From contig CALSCP010000486.1 of NCBI GenBank assembly GCA_943704425.1, positions 25,474 to 89,473 of the forward strand: a stretch of 64,000 nucleotides of DNA. The letters are read 5' to 3'. This document shows positions 13,609-26,700 of the stretch, piece after piece. Every line of letters begins with the position of its first letter. The stretch's first letter is position 1. Both the position numbers and the translations under genes were made by a program. The notes beneath the pieces are model-generated. The model saw only the letters and a list, made by a program, of their open reading frames with translations. It made no database searches and was not told the DNA's origin. Origin of the DNA: Ministeria vibrans ATCC 50519. Taxonomy: Eukaryota > Protista > Filasterea.

Positions 13609-16176
13609 ATGCTCAGCCGTTGCTTGTCTGTGAGAACTCAGGTTCTCTCGGTGCGCCTTGCCGTGCGCTCTCTCAGTGGTGAGTTTTTGCACGAATCGCA
13701 TTGGCCAAGTTCAATGCGTGTTGAGAAATCACCTTGTCGCCAGCGCCCGCGTCGCTGGTCCCTCCCGCCTGCATCCATGTGTCCAATGCCACCTAGTTGT
13801 TGGTGACTGTTGGCATAGACGCACCGCCGTTGCCTGATACGCTGTCCTTGTCTGACTTTTGACGCGTTCGCGTGTTTCTCATGCCGGCCAATGAGCGAGC
13901 GAGTTTCCGGCGTGATCCGTCCAAGCCCGTCAGGCGTCGCTTTTTTTAGATGCCTGGCTCCCTTTGCTCTGTGCATCCTTCTATGTTTCTTGTGTGCGTC
14001 CGCGTCGACGAGGATCTGGCCGCTGCGCCACTCGCGCTCTCCTCTCTCTTGCTCTTGACGATTTTTTCCGCGAATTCTATTCAAAGTGTCTAATGTCGTT
14101 GCCCCCCCTCCCCTTCCCTCGCCCTCGCTCTCTCTCTCTATCACTTTGTTTCTTCCCTCGCGTGTACTCCATTGTCGATGACTCTGGATCGGTCGTCCCG
14201 CCGTCGCGTCGGTTTGTTTGTTGACTCCTTTCCATTCTGTTGTTCTCCTTAGCCATTCCTGCTCGTCCTTCCGACGTTGGGATTTCCGCCATGGAAGTGT
14301 ACTTCCCTCGCAAGCGCGTCTCCCAGACGGACTTGGAAACATTTGATGGGGTGTCGCCCGGAAAATACACTCTTGGTCTGGGCCAGACCAACATGGCGTA
14401 TGCCACGGACCGCGAAGGTGAGAGAGAGGCTGACTCTGACAGCGAGGACGCGCACCTGACTGATACTCCGTGTGACACACAGACATCAACTCCATCTGCA
14501 TGACTGCCGTGAAGCGTCTTTTGGAGCGTAACAACATCGACCCGCGTTCTATTGGACGTCTCGAGGTCGGCACAGAGACCATTGTGGACAAGAGCAAGAG
14601 TACGCCAAAGCCCCCTCCCAAACAGAGAAACACACCAAATAATAATGATATTGAATTGTTCTCTTTCAGGCGTCAAGTCTTTCCTGATGCCGCTCTTCCA
14701 CGAGTCGGGCAACACTGACATTGAGGGCATTGACACGACCAATGCCTGCTACGGCGGAACTGCGGCTCTCTTCAACGCAGTCGACTGGCTCGAGAGGTAC
14801 CGCTTTTGGTAATGAAAGCACCTTTTTTCATTCATTTGTGTTTATAGCTCGTCGTGGGACGGCCGCAATGCCATTGTGGTTGCAGCAGACATTGCCGTGT
14901 ACGAAGAGGGCAATGCCCGCCCCACGGGTGGTGCTGCTGCCGTTGCCATGCTCGTTACACCCGACGCCGCCCTTGCCCTCGAGCCTGGTGTGCGCGGTAC
15001 CGACCTTCTTCTTCTCTTTTGTTGTTGTTTTTGGTGCGTGTTGTGCTCATGGAGTGGTTTGTGTTTTAGCATCGCACATGGCGCATGTGTTTGACTTCTA
15101 CAAGCCAGTGCTGGACAGCGAGTACCCACTCGTCGACGGCAAGGCGTCCGTCGTCTGCTACCTTAACGCCCTCGACACCTGCTACAAACGTTTCCGCGAG
15201 AAGATCCTCGCTCGCCAAGGAATGTAAGTGTCACACCCGTTTGGGCTTGACTTGTGTGTGTGGTGCTGACAGAGCTGTGTCTTGCAGTGACTTTGACCTT
15301 GAGCAGGCTGACTATGCCATTTTCCACTCACCGTACGCTAAGCTTGTCCAGAAATCGCTCGCTCGCGTTGTTTACAATGACTTTTTGAACCATCCGATGG
15401 CCGCCCGCTTCAACACGCCTGAGGTACGAAGAAGACATCGAATCTTTTTTTTTGGAAGTCTTAGGGCAAAAGCTTCATTGTACAAGACAATCGAATATGC
15501 AGTCAGTAGTATTGACCCTGGTGTTTGTCTGTAGCTCAAGGACTCGCTTGCGCCGTTTGAGAAAATCCCACGCGAGGAGACATACGAGTCGCGCGAGGTC
15601 GAGAAGGCCTTCCTCAAGGCATCAGACAGCACATACAAGACCAAGACTCTTCCAACGACGATGCTTCCCAAGGAGCTCGGAAACTCATACACTGCGTCGC
15701 TCTACACCGGACTTGCTTCGCTCCTCCTCAACGTAAGTACAGTTTTCTTTGTGCAGTGCTCTTCAATATTGTGCTCACATACACACACACACGCATATAT
15801 ATATATATATATATATATGTGTATATATATATCGCTCGCTCTATAGGCGAACACAGAGAGTCTGGTGGACAAGCGAGTGCTCATGTTTAGCTATGGCTCG
15901 GGTCTCGCGGCGTCCATGTTCTCGGTGCGCGTGCGTCCCCGCGTCACCGAGCTCGTCCAAGCCATGGCGCAGGACACGCAGGAGCGCCTCGATACACGCG
16001 TCGGCGGCACTGCCCAGGAGTTCCACCAGGTCCTCAACATGCGCAAGGAGAGTCATGGCGTTGCGCCCTTCGAGCCCCTCGGCCCCATCAGCACCGAAAC
16101 TGACCTGTTTCCCGGCACTTTCTACCTTGAGGGCATTGACGAGCGTCACCGCCGAAGATACGCTCGTGCCCTCTAG
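13609..16176 (+). CDS. HMGCS: HMG-CoA synthase with a presequence-like first exon
   Basis: [39 protein letters not shown], catalytic [60 protein letters not shown]. First intron 13679-14252 is phase-compatible. Confidence 0.95.
15437..15496 (-). mobile_element. 5'-truncated poly(A)-tailed retroposon fragment in an HMGCS intron, with a 7-bp direct repeat
   Basis: T9-GGAAGTCTTAGGGCAAAAGCTTCATTGTACAAGACAA matches the copies at 16990-18290; ATCGAAT at 15437-15443 and 15490-15496. Confidence 0.7.
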
Positions 16177-16989
16177 GCCGAGAGGGAAACCCTCAGTCCA
16201 CCTCACACACACACTCATACACACTCACTCACACAAACTTAATTCGTAATGAACAAACACTTATAGTCATTATAAAGCCCAATTTTAACAATTTCAAGTG
16301 AGTTTGGTGTCCCTATCGTGACACAGGACAACAAAAGCTGTTTGTTTTTTACATTCACGTTAAACCTCTCGGTATTGAGTACAGCACTGTTCCCAACGAC
16401 GAACGTACCATTCTGTGACAAATACTGACCAACCCCCGACGCTTGGGACGACACATCGCTTTTGTAGAAAGTCCCTCGACCGAACCTCAACGACTTCTTC
16501 TCTTCGTACTATTTCTTAAAAAAAAACTTTCATGAAGGTGACGACCTCTTCAAACCGCACGCCGTCGGGAGTTCTTTAGAGCCACATACGGGCTCCCATT
16601 TACCAAACATCTCGGAGCTTGAATGAAATAACCCGAACTACTTGAGCGTCACGAAAATCCCCGAATCTACAAAATAAGCCGTTTATACAAAATATTTGGT
16701 ACAAATTTTGCACTACATACTTTTTTGCAACGTATACATAATTTGAATTTTTCGCCCGATATCTACGGTCATTAAGTAGTAGTAACGAAGTATTCAATAT
16801 CACGCGAAAATAGTATGTTAAACATTTACATGACGTAATAAGACGCCTGAGCCTGTCCTTTTTGAGAGACACTCGAAAACTCACAAAGCACGTTTAGCTT
16901 TTAAGGTGTGTGAACAAAAAAAGGAGGAAGAGCGGAGAGGCAGGTGGATGGCCCTGAGACGACAGGGTGAGACGGTGAGGGGTGGAGGC

Positions 16990-17223
16990 TTTTTTTTTTG
17001 GAAGTCCTAGGGCAAACAAAAGCTTCATTGTACAAGACAATCTAGCCATCCGCAGCGGCTGCTTCATCCCCGCATGGGCCGAAGCGGACATTCCGAGAGA
17101 CTTGCATGCAAAGTCTGAGCGGTTTACTTGCTGCTTTGCCATGCGGGGGTGAAGCAGCCGCTTCGGATGGCTAGATTGTCTTGTACAATGAAGCTTTTGC
17201 CCTAGGACTTCAAAAAAAAAAAA
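16990..17223. mobile_element. Two head-to-head copies of the retroposon 3' end forming an inverted repeat with arms of about 85 bp (poly-T left, poly-A right)
   Basis: 16990-17076 is the near-exact reverse complement of 17139-17223. Confidence 0.8.
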
Positions 17224-17651
17224 CCNNNNNNNNNTGGGAAAAATAAAATAAAAACAAACACCAGGATCGGGCAGCAGCCTACTGACGCCGCTGCCACTCC
17301 CTGTAATGCTCATACGCCGCCTCCAGGCACTGTCTCGCAGCCGCTACTGTATCTTTTCGAGCGTAGGCTGGGATGCGACGTGTCATGGCCAACGACCAGC
17401 ACCCAGACACCAAGAGTGCAGGGCGGGTTGGTCATCACACTCGGTTGGCTGTCCTCCTTGCCGCCCCACTGTTCGTCCAGATGTCCATAATTTATTGATT
17501 ACTCGCCTCACAAGCATCGCTGATCGGTGATGGGCACCTTACTGAAACCTTACTGACCCGAAAAGGTGCTGAGTGCCGACATTCGACATTCGGCACTGCC
17601 GATCACCGGCCCGATTGGCTGCGCATCGACTGCTGACGACGAGTACTCACC

Positions 17652-17699
17652 CAATGAAGCTTTTGCCCTAGGCTAGGACTTAAAAAAAAAAAAAAAAAA
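17652..17699 (+). mobile_element. Short 3'-end fragment of the same retroposon with poly(A)
   Basis: CAATGAAGCTTTTGCCCTAGG..GGACTT followed by an A-run. Confidence 0.7.
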
Positions 17700-18148
17700 T
17701 TCACTCAGGGGAAATTCGGTAATCTGTCGTTCATCTGTATTGAATTCAGAAATAAATTCAGTTTTTTTTTCTCTTTCACACTTTCTTTGGTCACCTAATA
17801 ACGCCCGCTCTTCAAATCTCAAAGTAAGCAACATTAGGCTGGATTTTAATTTTTTTTTCGTCTATTCTTATCGTACCTCATGGAAATCTCGTGAGCATAA
17901 TTTTCTTCAAAAAAACGCGGTAACGAGGGCGAATTTCTGTCTATTGTGTCACACTGGGATTATGTGGATCATGCGCGGCCGTTTGCAGGTGCTGGCGAAT
18001 GCTGGCGAGTCCCCGGTACCCCTTTTCCCCCTTTTTTGAAAAATGTGTTATCGATCATGAAAAAAATCATTCTCATCAGCAAAGCCATAGCCAATTCGCC
18101 AATTCGCGAACACCTCCCACCGCTTCCAACCCCAGCATCACGGCTCTA

Positions 18149-18290
18149 CATGCAAGTCTCTTGGATTGTCCGCTTCGGCTCCTGCAAGGGTGAAGCAGCC
18201 GCTTCGGATGGTTAGATTGTCCTTGTGGGGACAAGGAACAATTAAGCTTTTGCCCGAATTTTGCCCTTGTAGCTACGAACAAAAAAAAAA
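18149..18290 (+). mobile_element. Diverged longer copy of the same retroposon 3' end
   Basis: CATGCAAGTCTCTTGGATTGTCCGCTTCGG..GGTGAAGCAGCCGCTTCGGATGGTTAGATTGTC..AAGCTTTTGCCC..A-run. Confidence 0.7.
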
Positions 18291-18416
18291 TACCAGCGTC
18301 ATACAGTCACACACACAACCCCAGACATCTATACACTGGAGGCACATAGGCTCCCCAGCCAGAACCCCCCCCCCCCCCCCCACTGGTCACACCACACGAT
18401 AAAAGGACGAATTGTT

Positions 18417-18452
<36 letters not shown>

Positions 18453-18546
18453 GAAATAGAGGATAGTCAATAGAGGACTGTACTATCAACTATGATGATA
18501 ATTATTATTATAATAATCTAAAAATTCTGTTTCTTTTAGTAAAACA

Positions 18547-19031
18547 ATGAAGACTTCTCAACTTGTCCTGCTCGCCATGCTGGGAGTGTTTGCCGTTGCA
18601 CGAGGCGGTTTCACTCGTTGTCGGGCGGAGTATGTGTGCACTGGAGCTGCAGTCAATGTGGATGGAATCACCAACACTGCTGCAAAGCAAGAAATTGGCG
18701 CTTGCAAGAACGTACGTATACTTTCATTGAACTTTCATTTAGGGAAGTAGCAAAACCCCTCATCACTCTCTCTTTGTTGTAGCTCGCGTCTAATGTGTAT
18801 TACTGTCGTCTTGACACGATTCTCCTGTCCACGGGGATCCCGGCTTACCTATACATCGATGAAACGTCGACCACCGACTCAATTGTGGTGACAGGCACGG
18901 GGAATGTCGGGGGCTCGTGCATCTTCAAGCAAGACGGCACTTCAGGAACTTCCATGAATGTTGGAGATAGCCACACGGTGGGGGCGGCCACGTGCACCAT
19001 CATCTCCGCCAAGTCCACGATCGTCATCTGA
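18547..19031 (+). CDS. Small secreted protein, 137 aa, 6 Cys, no recognised family
   Basis: Signal-peptide-like MKTSQLVLLAMLGVFAVARG; phase-0 intron 18712-18782 joins ORFs 18547 and 18795. Confidence 0.75.
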
Positions 19032-19503
19032 TTTCCTAAAATTGCTCAATTAACAATCAATCAGTACAAATATCCGTCCAATCTCTGTCTTGGCTTGACG
19101 ACCTAAGTAGGAGGGAGAGTAATCTGCGCTTTGCGGGAAAGAGCCCTCGGCCCATGGCGCCACACCACTCACGGTTGCACGGTTTGACCATAAGGCGAAA
19201 CGGTTGACGGGCGTCAACCAACCAGAGTGGCGTGAGCATTTTACCGAGCAAGCAACTAATGTCGTGCTGCGCTTTAGGGGCATTGTTCCGGGCATTCATT
19301 GTCGCGGACAAAGAGAAACGCGTCTCCGACGAACTGGTGGTAGTCGACTACCTAGTACCTAGTTGTCGGCACAGAACTTGCCTGTCTTGCTGCCAAGGAT
19401 GATGAGCACATAATTGTCGAAGTAAGATGAGACAGTGACTGACCAAGTACCTACTAAAATGGGAATGTTTCATTACTGGAAACTTATATTTATTCCTTTT
19501 AAC

Positions 19504-19703
19504 ATGCCCCCTACCCCACCCTCTGCAAGGGCAAGGGGCAAGCACTGGCTCGCCGTCATCTTGACACTGGCTCTGATCGCACGTACGCCCAATACCCTTT
19601 CCGCCCTCGCGCCCACCCCACACGCCCCCGACCAACGTCCACCTCCCTCCAGCGACCGCATCAGTGTTTGACTCACGTGTGTTATAGCCAGCGTCGCTCA
19701 CAA

Positions 19704-19739
<36 letters not shown>

Positions 19740-22700
19740 AACACTCGCTCAGTCTCATAACCATGATTTTTTTTTTTTTTTTTTTAAAAACGTCCTCTTT
19801 CTTCTCACTGAGCCCTCCACCCGTCCTATGCCCAACGCCAGGCACTCGCCGTCGGCACTGCAAGCGCCCCGTCGCATAGCCGACACAGCCCTGGCCCAGA
19901 TGCGCCGTTCCGCTGCACATCTGCGCACTTATCGTCTCCCAACACAACCTCGCTTGTCAAGTTGGACAAAAAAAAAACCCATCGTCATGCACATTGTCAA
20001 ACCTGGCTGCGTGCGCCCCAACACACAGCGTTGGTCGTGTTCGTTCAGCTGACACGAGCAACTGCGTAGACGGAGCCAAGGCGAAGACGGCGCGAGCGGT
20101 GTTCGTTCACAACGGCATCTCCGGCTCCATCGTCTTCAGCCAGGACTCTGCCTTCTTCTCCACCCACGTCCAAGTGGACCTGGCTGGCCTCCAGCAAACC
20201 CCCAATGGCTGGCACATCCACAAATTCCCCGTGGACGACGCCGGCTCGTGCCAGAGTTCCTCGACTGGCGCCCACTTCGATCCGACTGCCGCTGGGCCCT
20301 CCGGAACGTCCGCCTACAACTCCGTCTGCTTCCCTTCTGCCGGCGCATCGCGTTTCACTGCATGCGAAGTAAGATCCAATCTATCATCGCACAAACATCA
20401 TTAACTTTTTTTCGTTTCCTTTGTGTGTGCGTGTGTGTCTGTCTCATCAGGTTGGTGACATGTCAGGCAAATGGGGCGCATTCAACAGCTCGAGCGTGAC
20501 AGAGTCCTTCGACGACGGCACCGTCGAACTGTTTGGGCGCACCTCCATTGTGGGACGTTCAGTTGTGTTGCACGCCTCGGACGGTACTCGGTATGGGTGT
20601 GCCACCATCACGACAGACACACCCGTGACACAGGCACGCGCGTCGTTTGCCCACAACGGTCTCACCGGTACGGCCACGTTCACACAGGCATCGGGTATCG
20701 ACGACGACACGGGAATTCTAGTCGACATCGACAGCACAAGTGCTGGCAGCAACCACAACTGGGCCATCCATGAGTTTGGCACGACCGACTCGGGCTTTGG
20801 GTCGCCCTCGTGTTCCCTGGTGGGCGACGTGTACAATCCAGCAAACGTGTCGACCGCCTCACAGATTGCCTACGTGGGCAACTGTGGACCCTCCATTCCA
20901 AATCCCACCGGCTGTCGCGTCGGCGATCTCTTCAGTCGCTTCGGGCGTCTGTCTCTCCCTGCCACGGGCGCCTCCAAGTACTTCTTCACCAACACAGACT
21001 TGCCGCTGGGCAATGCTTCAGACTCTGTCGTCTCGCGCGCCCTCCAAATATCCACCGCTCAGGCGTCGCCCGAGTTCACTGCACCCGCTCTTGCCTGTGC
21101 CGACGTGGCGCTCGTTGCTCCGCGTGCCGTCACCGCCGTCTTCTCTAGCGAGCACGCCACAGGCACGATCACCTTCTCGCAACAATCACCCGGTGCTCCT
21201 ACCTTTGTCACCGCCTCCCTTTGGGGTCTTGCCGACGCACCCGTCAATTGGCACGTCCATGTGTTCCCTACCGATGCCACCGCGTCGTGTGCCAGCTCGA
21301 GTGTCGGCGGTCACTTCAACCCGTTTGGCGTTGACTCGGCAAACGCCTCGGCGTATTCGGCCGTCTGCTCGTCGACCGCGTCCGGTCGTTTTGCTCATTG
21401 CGAAGTTGGCGATCTCTCGGGCAAGCACGGCCCGCTCGCCAACGGAGTCACACTCTCCGTCGTCGACTACAATCTACCTCTCTTTGGCGCCAACAGCGTT
21501 GTAGGACGCTCCATTGTGCTGCACGCCGCGTCCGACGGTGCTCGCTTTGCCTGTGCCACCATTGACGTGGGCCTTCCCGTCAAGACGGTTGTCGCACAGT
21601 TTCAGCCGGGCGGCCCCGTCTCAGGCACCGTCACATTCAAGCAGATTGCAAACGACCCTTCCGCCGAGACCCAAGTGCTCGTCGACTTGGAAGCCACGGG
21701 TGCCGCGTCCGTCGCCCACAAGTGGCATGTGCACGTGAATCCCATTGGTGACGATGCAAACTCGCCGTCGTCTCCGTGCGACTCGGCCGGCGGCCACTAC
21801 GATCCATTCATGGTGGGACCCACGTTTAATGCAAACTATGCCACGGACTGTTCGCCGTCGACTCCGANNNNNNNNNNNNNNNNNNNNNNNNNNNNNNNNN
21901 NNNNNNNNNNNNNNNNNNNNNNNNNNNNNNNNNNNNNNNNNNNNNNNNNNNNNNNNNNNNNNNNNNAAACTCGCCGTCGTCTCCGTGCGACTCGGCCGGC
22001 GGCCACTACGATCCATTCATGGTGGGACCCACGTTTAATGCAAACTATGCCACGGACTGTTCGCCGTCGACTCCGACCGCCTGCGAACTGGGCGACTCGT
22101 CAGGCAAACACGGAACTATCGACTTGCCCGGCAAATACTTCTACACCGACACACAATTGCCGCTGTCGGGCGTCAACTCGGTCGACGGTCGCTCCGTTGT
22201 GTTGCACGTCGCCAACAACGGAGCACCGCGCTTTGCCTGCGCCTCCCTTGCCGCCGCCGTACCCCGCACCCTTGTCGCGGTCTTCTCAGAGAATGGCGCT
22301 GCCGGCTCCATCACCTTTTCACAGCTTCACGCCAATGCCCCGACTGTTGTGACAAGCACCGTCAGTGGCCTTGCCAGCGCTGATGGTCCCACCTATCCCT
22401 GGCACGTGCACAACTTTCCCGTGCTCACCGGTTCATGTGCGGCCGACGCCGTGGGCGGTCACTTTGATCCGCTGCAGGTGAACCACACCGACTACGCGAC
22501 CGTGTGCACCCCTACGTCGCCGCGTCGCTTTGGCGCGTGCGAACTTGGCGATCTTTCCGGCAAACTGGGCGGACTTGCAAGTGGCACATCGGCTACCTGG
22601 ATCGACTACAACCTGCCGCTGTTTGGCACCCACTCCATCATGGGCCGCTCGGTGGTGCTTCATAGCGGCGCCACCAACGCGCGCATTGCATGCGCCTCCG

Positions 22701-23594
22701 TTGGTTACCCACAGGGTGCCGGCATGCTTACCACGGTTCGTGCAGTCTTTGAGGCACCATCGGCCGTCACGGGCTCTATCACAATGCGTCAGCTCTCGGA
22801 CGACACCTCCTCCGAGACTACCATTCTCATCGACCTGAGCTTCACTTCGACCGGCACCACGCCCACCTCGGGTCACAAGTGGCATGTTCACGTCGAACCC
22901 ACCGGCAACGACGGTGCTGCTTCGGTCGTCGACGCCTCTCGATGTCTCTCCACCGGCGCCCACTACAATCCATCGGGTGCCAACACAGCGGCCGCCAACT
23001 ACTCGAGCGCTTGCCAGGCGTCCGTCGACAATTGTGAACTCGGCGATTTGTCGACGCGACACGGGACGGTTATTTTGCCAGCGGCCCTTGCCACCAAGGC
23101 CATGTACACCGACACCCGCTTGCCCTTGGGTGGCCCCGAATCCGTTGCCAACCGCTCCATTGTCATTCATGTTGCTAACGAGGGCGGCCCTCGACTTGCC
23201 TGTGCAACTCTCAACGTTGTCGCTCGTCGCACTACCACCGCCATCTTTGCCATGTCGGGTGTCACGGGAGCGCTCACCTTTGAACAGGGCATGCTCAATG
23301 ATCCCACCTTTGTCACAGCCGACCTCTTTGGTCTTGCGGGCCTGCCCAACAAATGGCACGTTCACTCTTTGCCCCTTGTCGCCTCAGACGGGCCTGACCA
23401 GTGCGCCGCCTCCCTTGTCGGCGGCCACTTTGACCCTTTTGCCGTCGGATCCGCCACGGACTACGCCACCAACTGCCAACCATCGTCGTCGTCGCGCTTT
23501 GAAGCATGCGAGGTAATAATAGTACATGACTGCTATCTATAGTAATAATAATAATTATTATAATTATAACCATAATAATAATGGTTGTGATTTT

Positions 23595-23639
<45 letters not shown>

Positions 23640-23759
23640 GTAATAATAATAGTAATAATAATAGTAATAATAATAATAATAATAATAACAATAATAAAAC
23701 AATAAAATAATTTATATTAATAATCATAATTTATTTTATTTATTTATTAATTATTAATA

Positions 23760-23799
<40 letters not shown>

Positions 23800-26700
23800 T
23801 TTTTATTTTAATGATTGTGAAATAGAATTTAGACAGGAGGTTTCAAATTTTTTATTCTTGTTTCTTTTTTTTTAGGTTGGTGACTTGTCGGGAAAACACG
23901 GAGCATTCACGGCGAGCAACACATCAGGAAGCAGCTGGATTGACTACAATCTGCCGCTGTTTGGCGCCAACAGTATTGTGGGGCGCTCGATTGTGCTGCA
24001 TGACAGTACAGGGGCACGCGTGGCATGTGCGACCCTCCGCCCAGATGGACGTCTCAAGACGGTGCGCGCTGTGTTTGTCGACACGTTTGCTACGGGCACA
24101 GTGACGCTGCGTCAGCTTGCAGACGACCCCACTGCCGAGACCCAGGTGCTTGTAGATCTTGCGCCCCTCACGGGTGTCGCTGCCTCATTTGCTCACAAGT
24201 GGCATGTGCACGTGTTTCCCGTGGGCAACGATGCCAACTCGCCGTCGTCTCCGTGCGACTCGGCCGGCGGCCACTACGATCCATTCATGGTGGGACCCAC
24301 GTTTAATGCAAACTATGCCACGGACTGTTCGCCGTCGACTCCGACCGCCTGCGAACTGGGCGACTCGTCAGGCAAACACGGAACTATCGACTTGCCCGGC
24401 AAATACTTCTACACCGACACACAATTGCCGCTGTCGGGCGTCAACTCGGTCGACGGTCGCTCCGTTGTGTTGCACGTCGCCAACAACGGAGCACCGCGCT
24501 TTGCCTGCGCCTCCCTTGCCGCCGCCGTACCCCGCACGGTCACGGTCACGTTCACGTCGAACGACATCAACGGTGACATGGTGTTCTCTCAGGTGGACGC
24601 GGCGTCACCCACGTACATCACGAGTGACCTGTCGGGCGCGGGACTTGTGGACTCACCTAATCCCTGGCATGTTCACTCGTTTCCTGCGGTGCAGTCACCT
24701 CTCTCGCCCGACTGCTCCGCCTCGTCGGTGGGCGGCCACTACGATCCCTTCCAGGTCGATCACACGGAGTATGCCAGTGTGTGCACTTCCGTTGGGGACT
24801 CACCGCGTCGCTTTGGTGCGTGCGAACTAGGCGATCTTTCTGGCAAGCACGGAGCACTCACGCCAGGTGTGGCCGCCGCCTGGACCGACTACAACCTGCC
24901 GTTGTTCGGACGCTTTTCCATTCTGGGCCGATCCATTGTGGTTCACTCGGGCGCGTCTGCTAGCCCGCGCATTGGCTGTGCCAACATTGGCTACGAGCGG
25001 TCGGTGATCACCTCGCGTGTCTCGTTTGCAGGCTCTACCTCGGCACTCTCGGGAACCATCACGTTCCGTCAGGTTGCCGACGATCCCAGCGAAGAGACGA
25101 CCGTTTTTGTGGACCTTGATCGCGCTGACGGCGTAGCCTCGTCGACGGGCCACAAGTGGCATGTGCACACCAACGCCGTGTCGGGCAACGACGGTGACCC
25201 GGCGACCACTCTTCTGGTCGACCGGTGCGCCTCCGCCGGCGGTCACTTCAACCCGCTTGTATCCACGTCCGTTGGCTGCTCACCGGGAACTCCGCTTCTC
25301 TGCGAGGTTGGCGATCTCAGTGGCAAGTCGGCACAGCTCACGTTACCCGCCACTGGCTCAGCGAAATTCTTTTACACGGACGTCCAGCTGCCGCTCAGTG
25401 GTGCCAACTCGATTTTGGGACGTTCCGTCGTGATTCACGATCAAGACGCCTCGGGTTTGCGCCTTGCCTGTGGCAACGTGATTCGTCTCACGACGCGAAC
25501 ACTGACCAGCACCTTTTGGGCTGGTGGAGTGTCGGGCACGATTGAGTTTGCACAGACACTCGCGTCGGACCCGACTCTCATCACTACCAATATTTTGGGT
25601 CTGCCGAGTGCCTCGGGACACAACTGGCACATTCACAACTTTCCCACGGCCGACACGAACACGTACCCGAGCGAGACGGGCGAGGGCTGCGACGCAGCCG
25701 TCACTGGCGGCCACTACGATCCCACGGGTGTTTCGGGCTCGGCGAACTACGCCACCGAGTGCAGCGTGTCGGCTGCGACGCGATTTCAGTCGTGCGAAGT
25801 GGGCGATCTCAGTGGCAAACATGGAGTGCTCACTAACGGCGTCGCCACCTATTCCGATCCAACCATCACTCTGTTTGGACGCACCGCTATTATGGGTCGC
25901 TCGGTGGTGGTGCACTCAAGCACGGCACGCATCGCATGCGCCTCCATTGGCTTTCCCAACGGCGCCGCGGTACTCACGGCAGTCGCTCATTTGTATGGGG
26001 ACACCCGCGGACGCATTGTGATGCGCCAGCTGGCCGATGATCCCACAAGCGAGACGTCTGTTCTCGTAGACATGGCCTGGCACAATGGTTCGACCACGGC
26101 CACTGTCGGTCACAAGTGGCACGTGCACGAAGACCCCATTGCGGGAGATTCACTTGCCACCACAGACCGCTGTGGGAGTGCCGGCGGTCACTACGATCCT
26201 CTGGATGCCAGCTCGAGTCCCGCCTATGCGACGGTGTGCACTCCCGAGACACCCACCGCCTGCGAGATTGGCGATCTCTCAGGCAAGTCGGCACCACTCT
26301 CGTTTGGAGCGCCCCTCTCGACACGCACGCTCTACACCGACGTGAATCTGCCGCTCTCAGGCGACACCAGCGTCATGGGCCGCTCCGTGGTGATCCACGC
26401 GGCAGCGCTCAGTGGCACACGCCTCGACTGCGCTACGCTTGAGCAATGGAAGGTGCGCACGAGCACCGCCACGTTTGATGTGGACGCCACAGTCGAGGGT
26501 ACGGTCACTCTGTCGCAGGGTGTGCCATGGGAACCAACATCGGTGCGCGCCGCTTTTTCGGTGCTGACAGGCTCGCCCAATCCCTGGCATGTTCATGTTG
26601 GCCCCGTGCGCGAGACGGACGTGTGCACAGCAACCGCCATTGGGGGTCACTACGATCCGTATACGGTGTCGACGGTGTCGTATGCGGCGCGCTGTCAGCC

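Noticed and set aside
13638-14633. 331-aa minus-strand ORF overlapping HMGCS intron 1
   Set aside because: Crosses exons and introns of the + strand gene, is low complexity and has no recognisable domain.
16290-16900. Possible decayed coding sequence downstream of HMGCS
   Set aside because: Only short interrupted frames with no identifiable family; cannot be supported as a pseudogene.
17625-17665. CTGACGA suggesting a hammerhead ribozyme core near the retroposon copies
   Set aside because: No GAAA core partner or convincing stems I-III could be built.
21868-21966. Apparent frameshift in the SOD gene
   Set aside because: Caused by the N-gap with duplicated flanks; not evidence of pseudogenisation.
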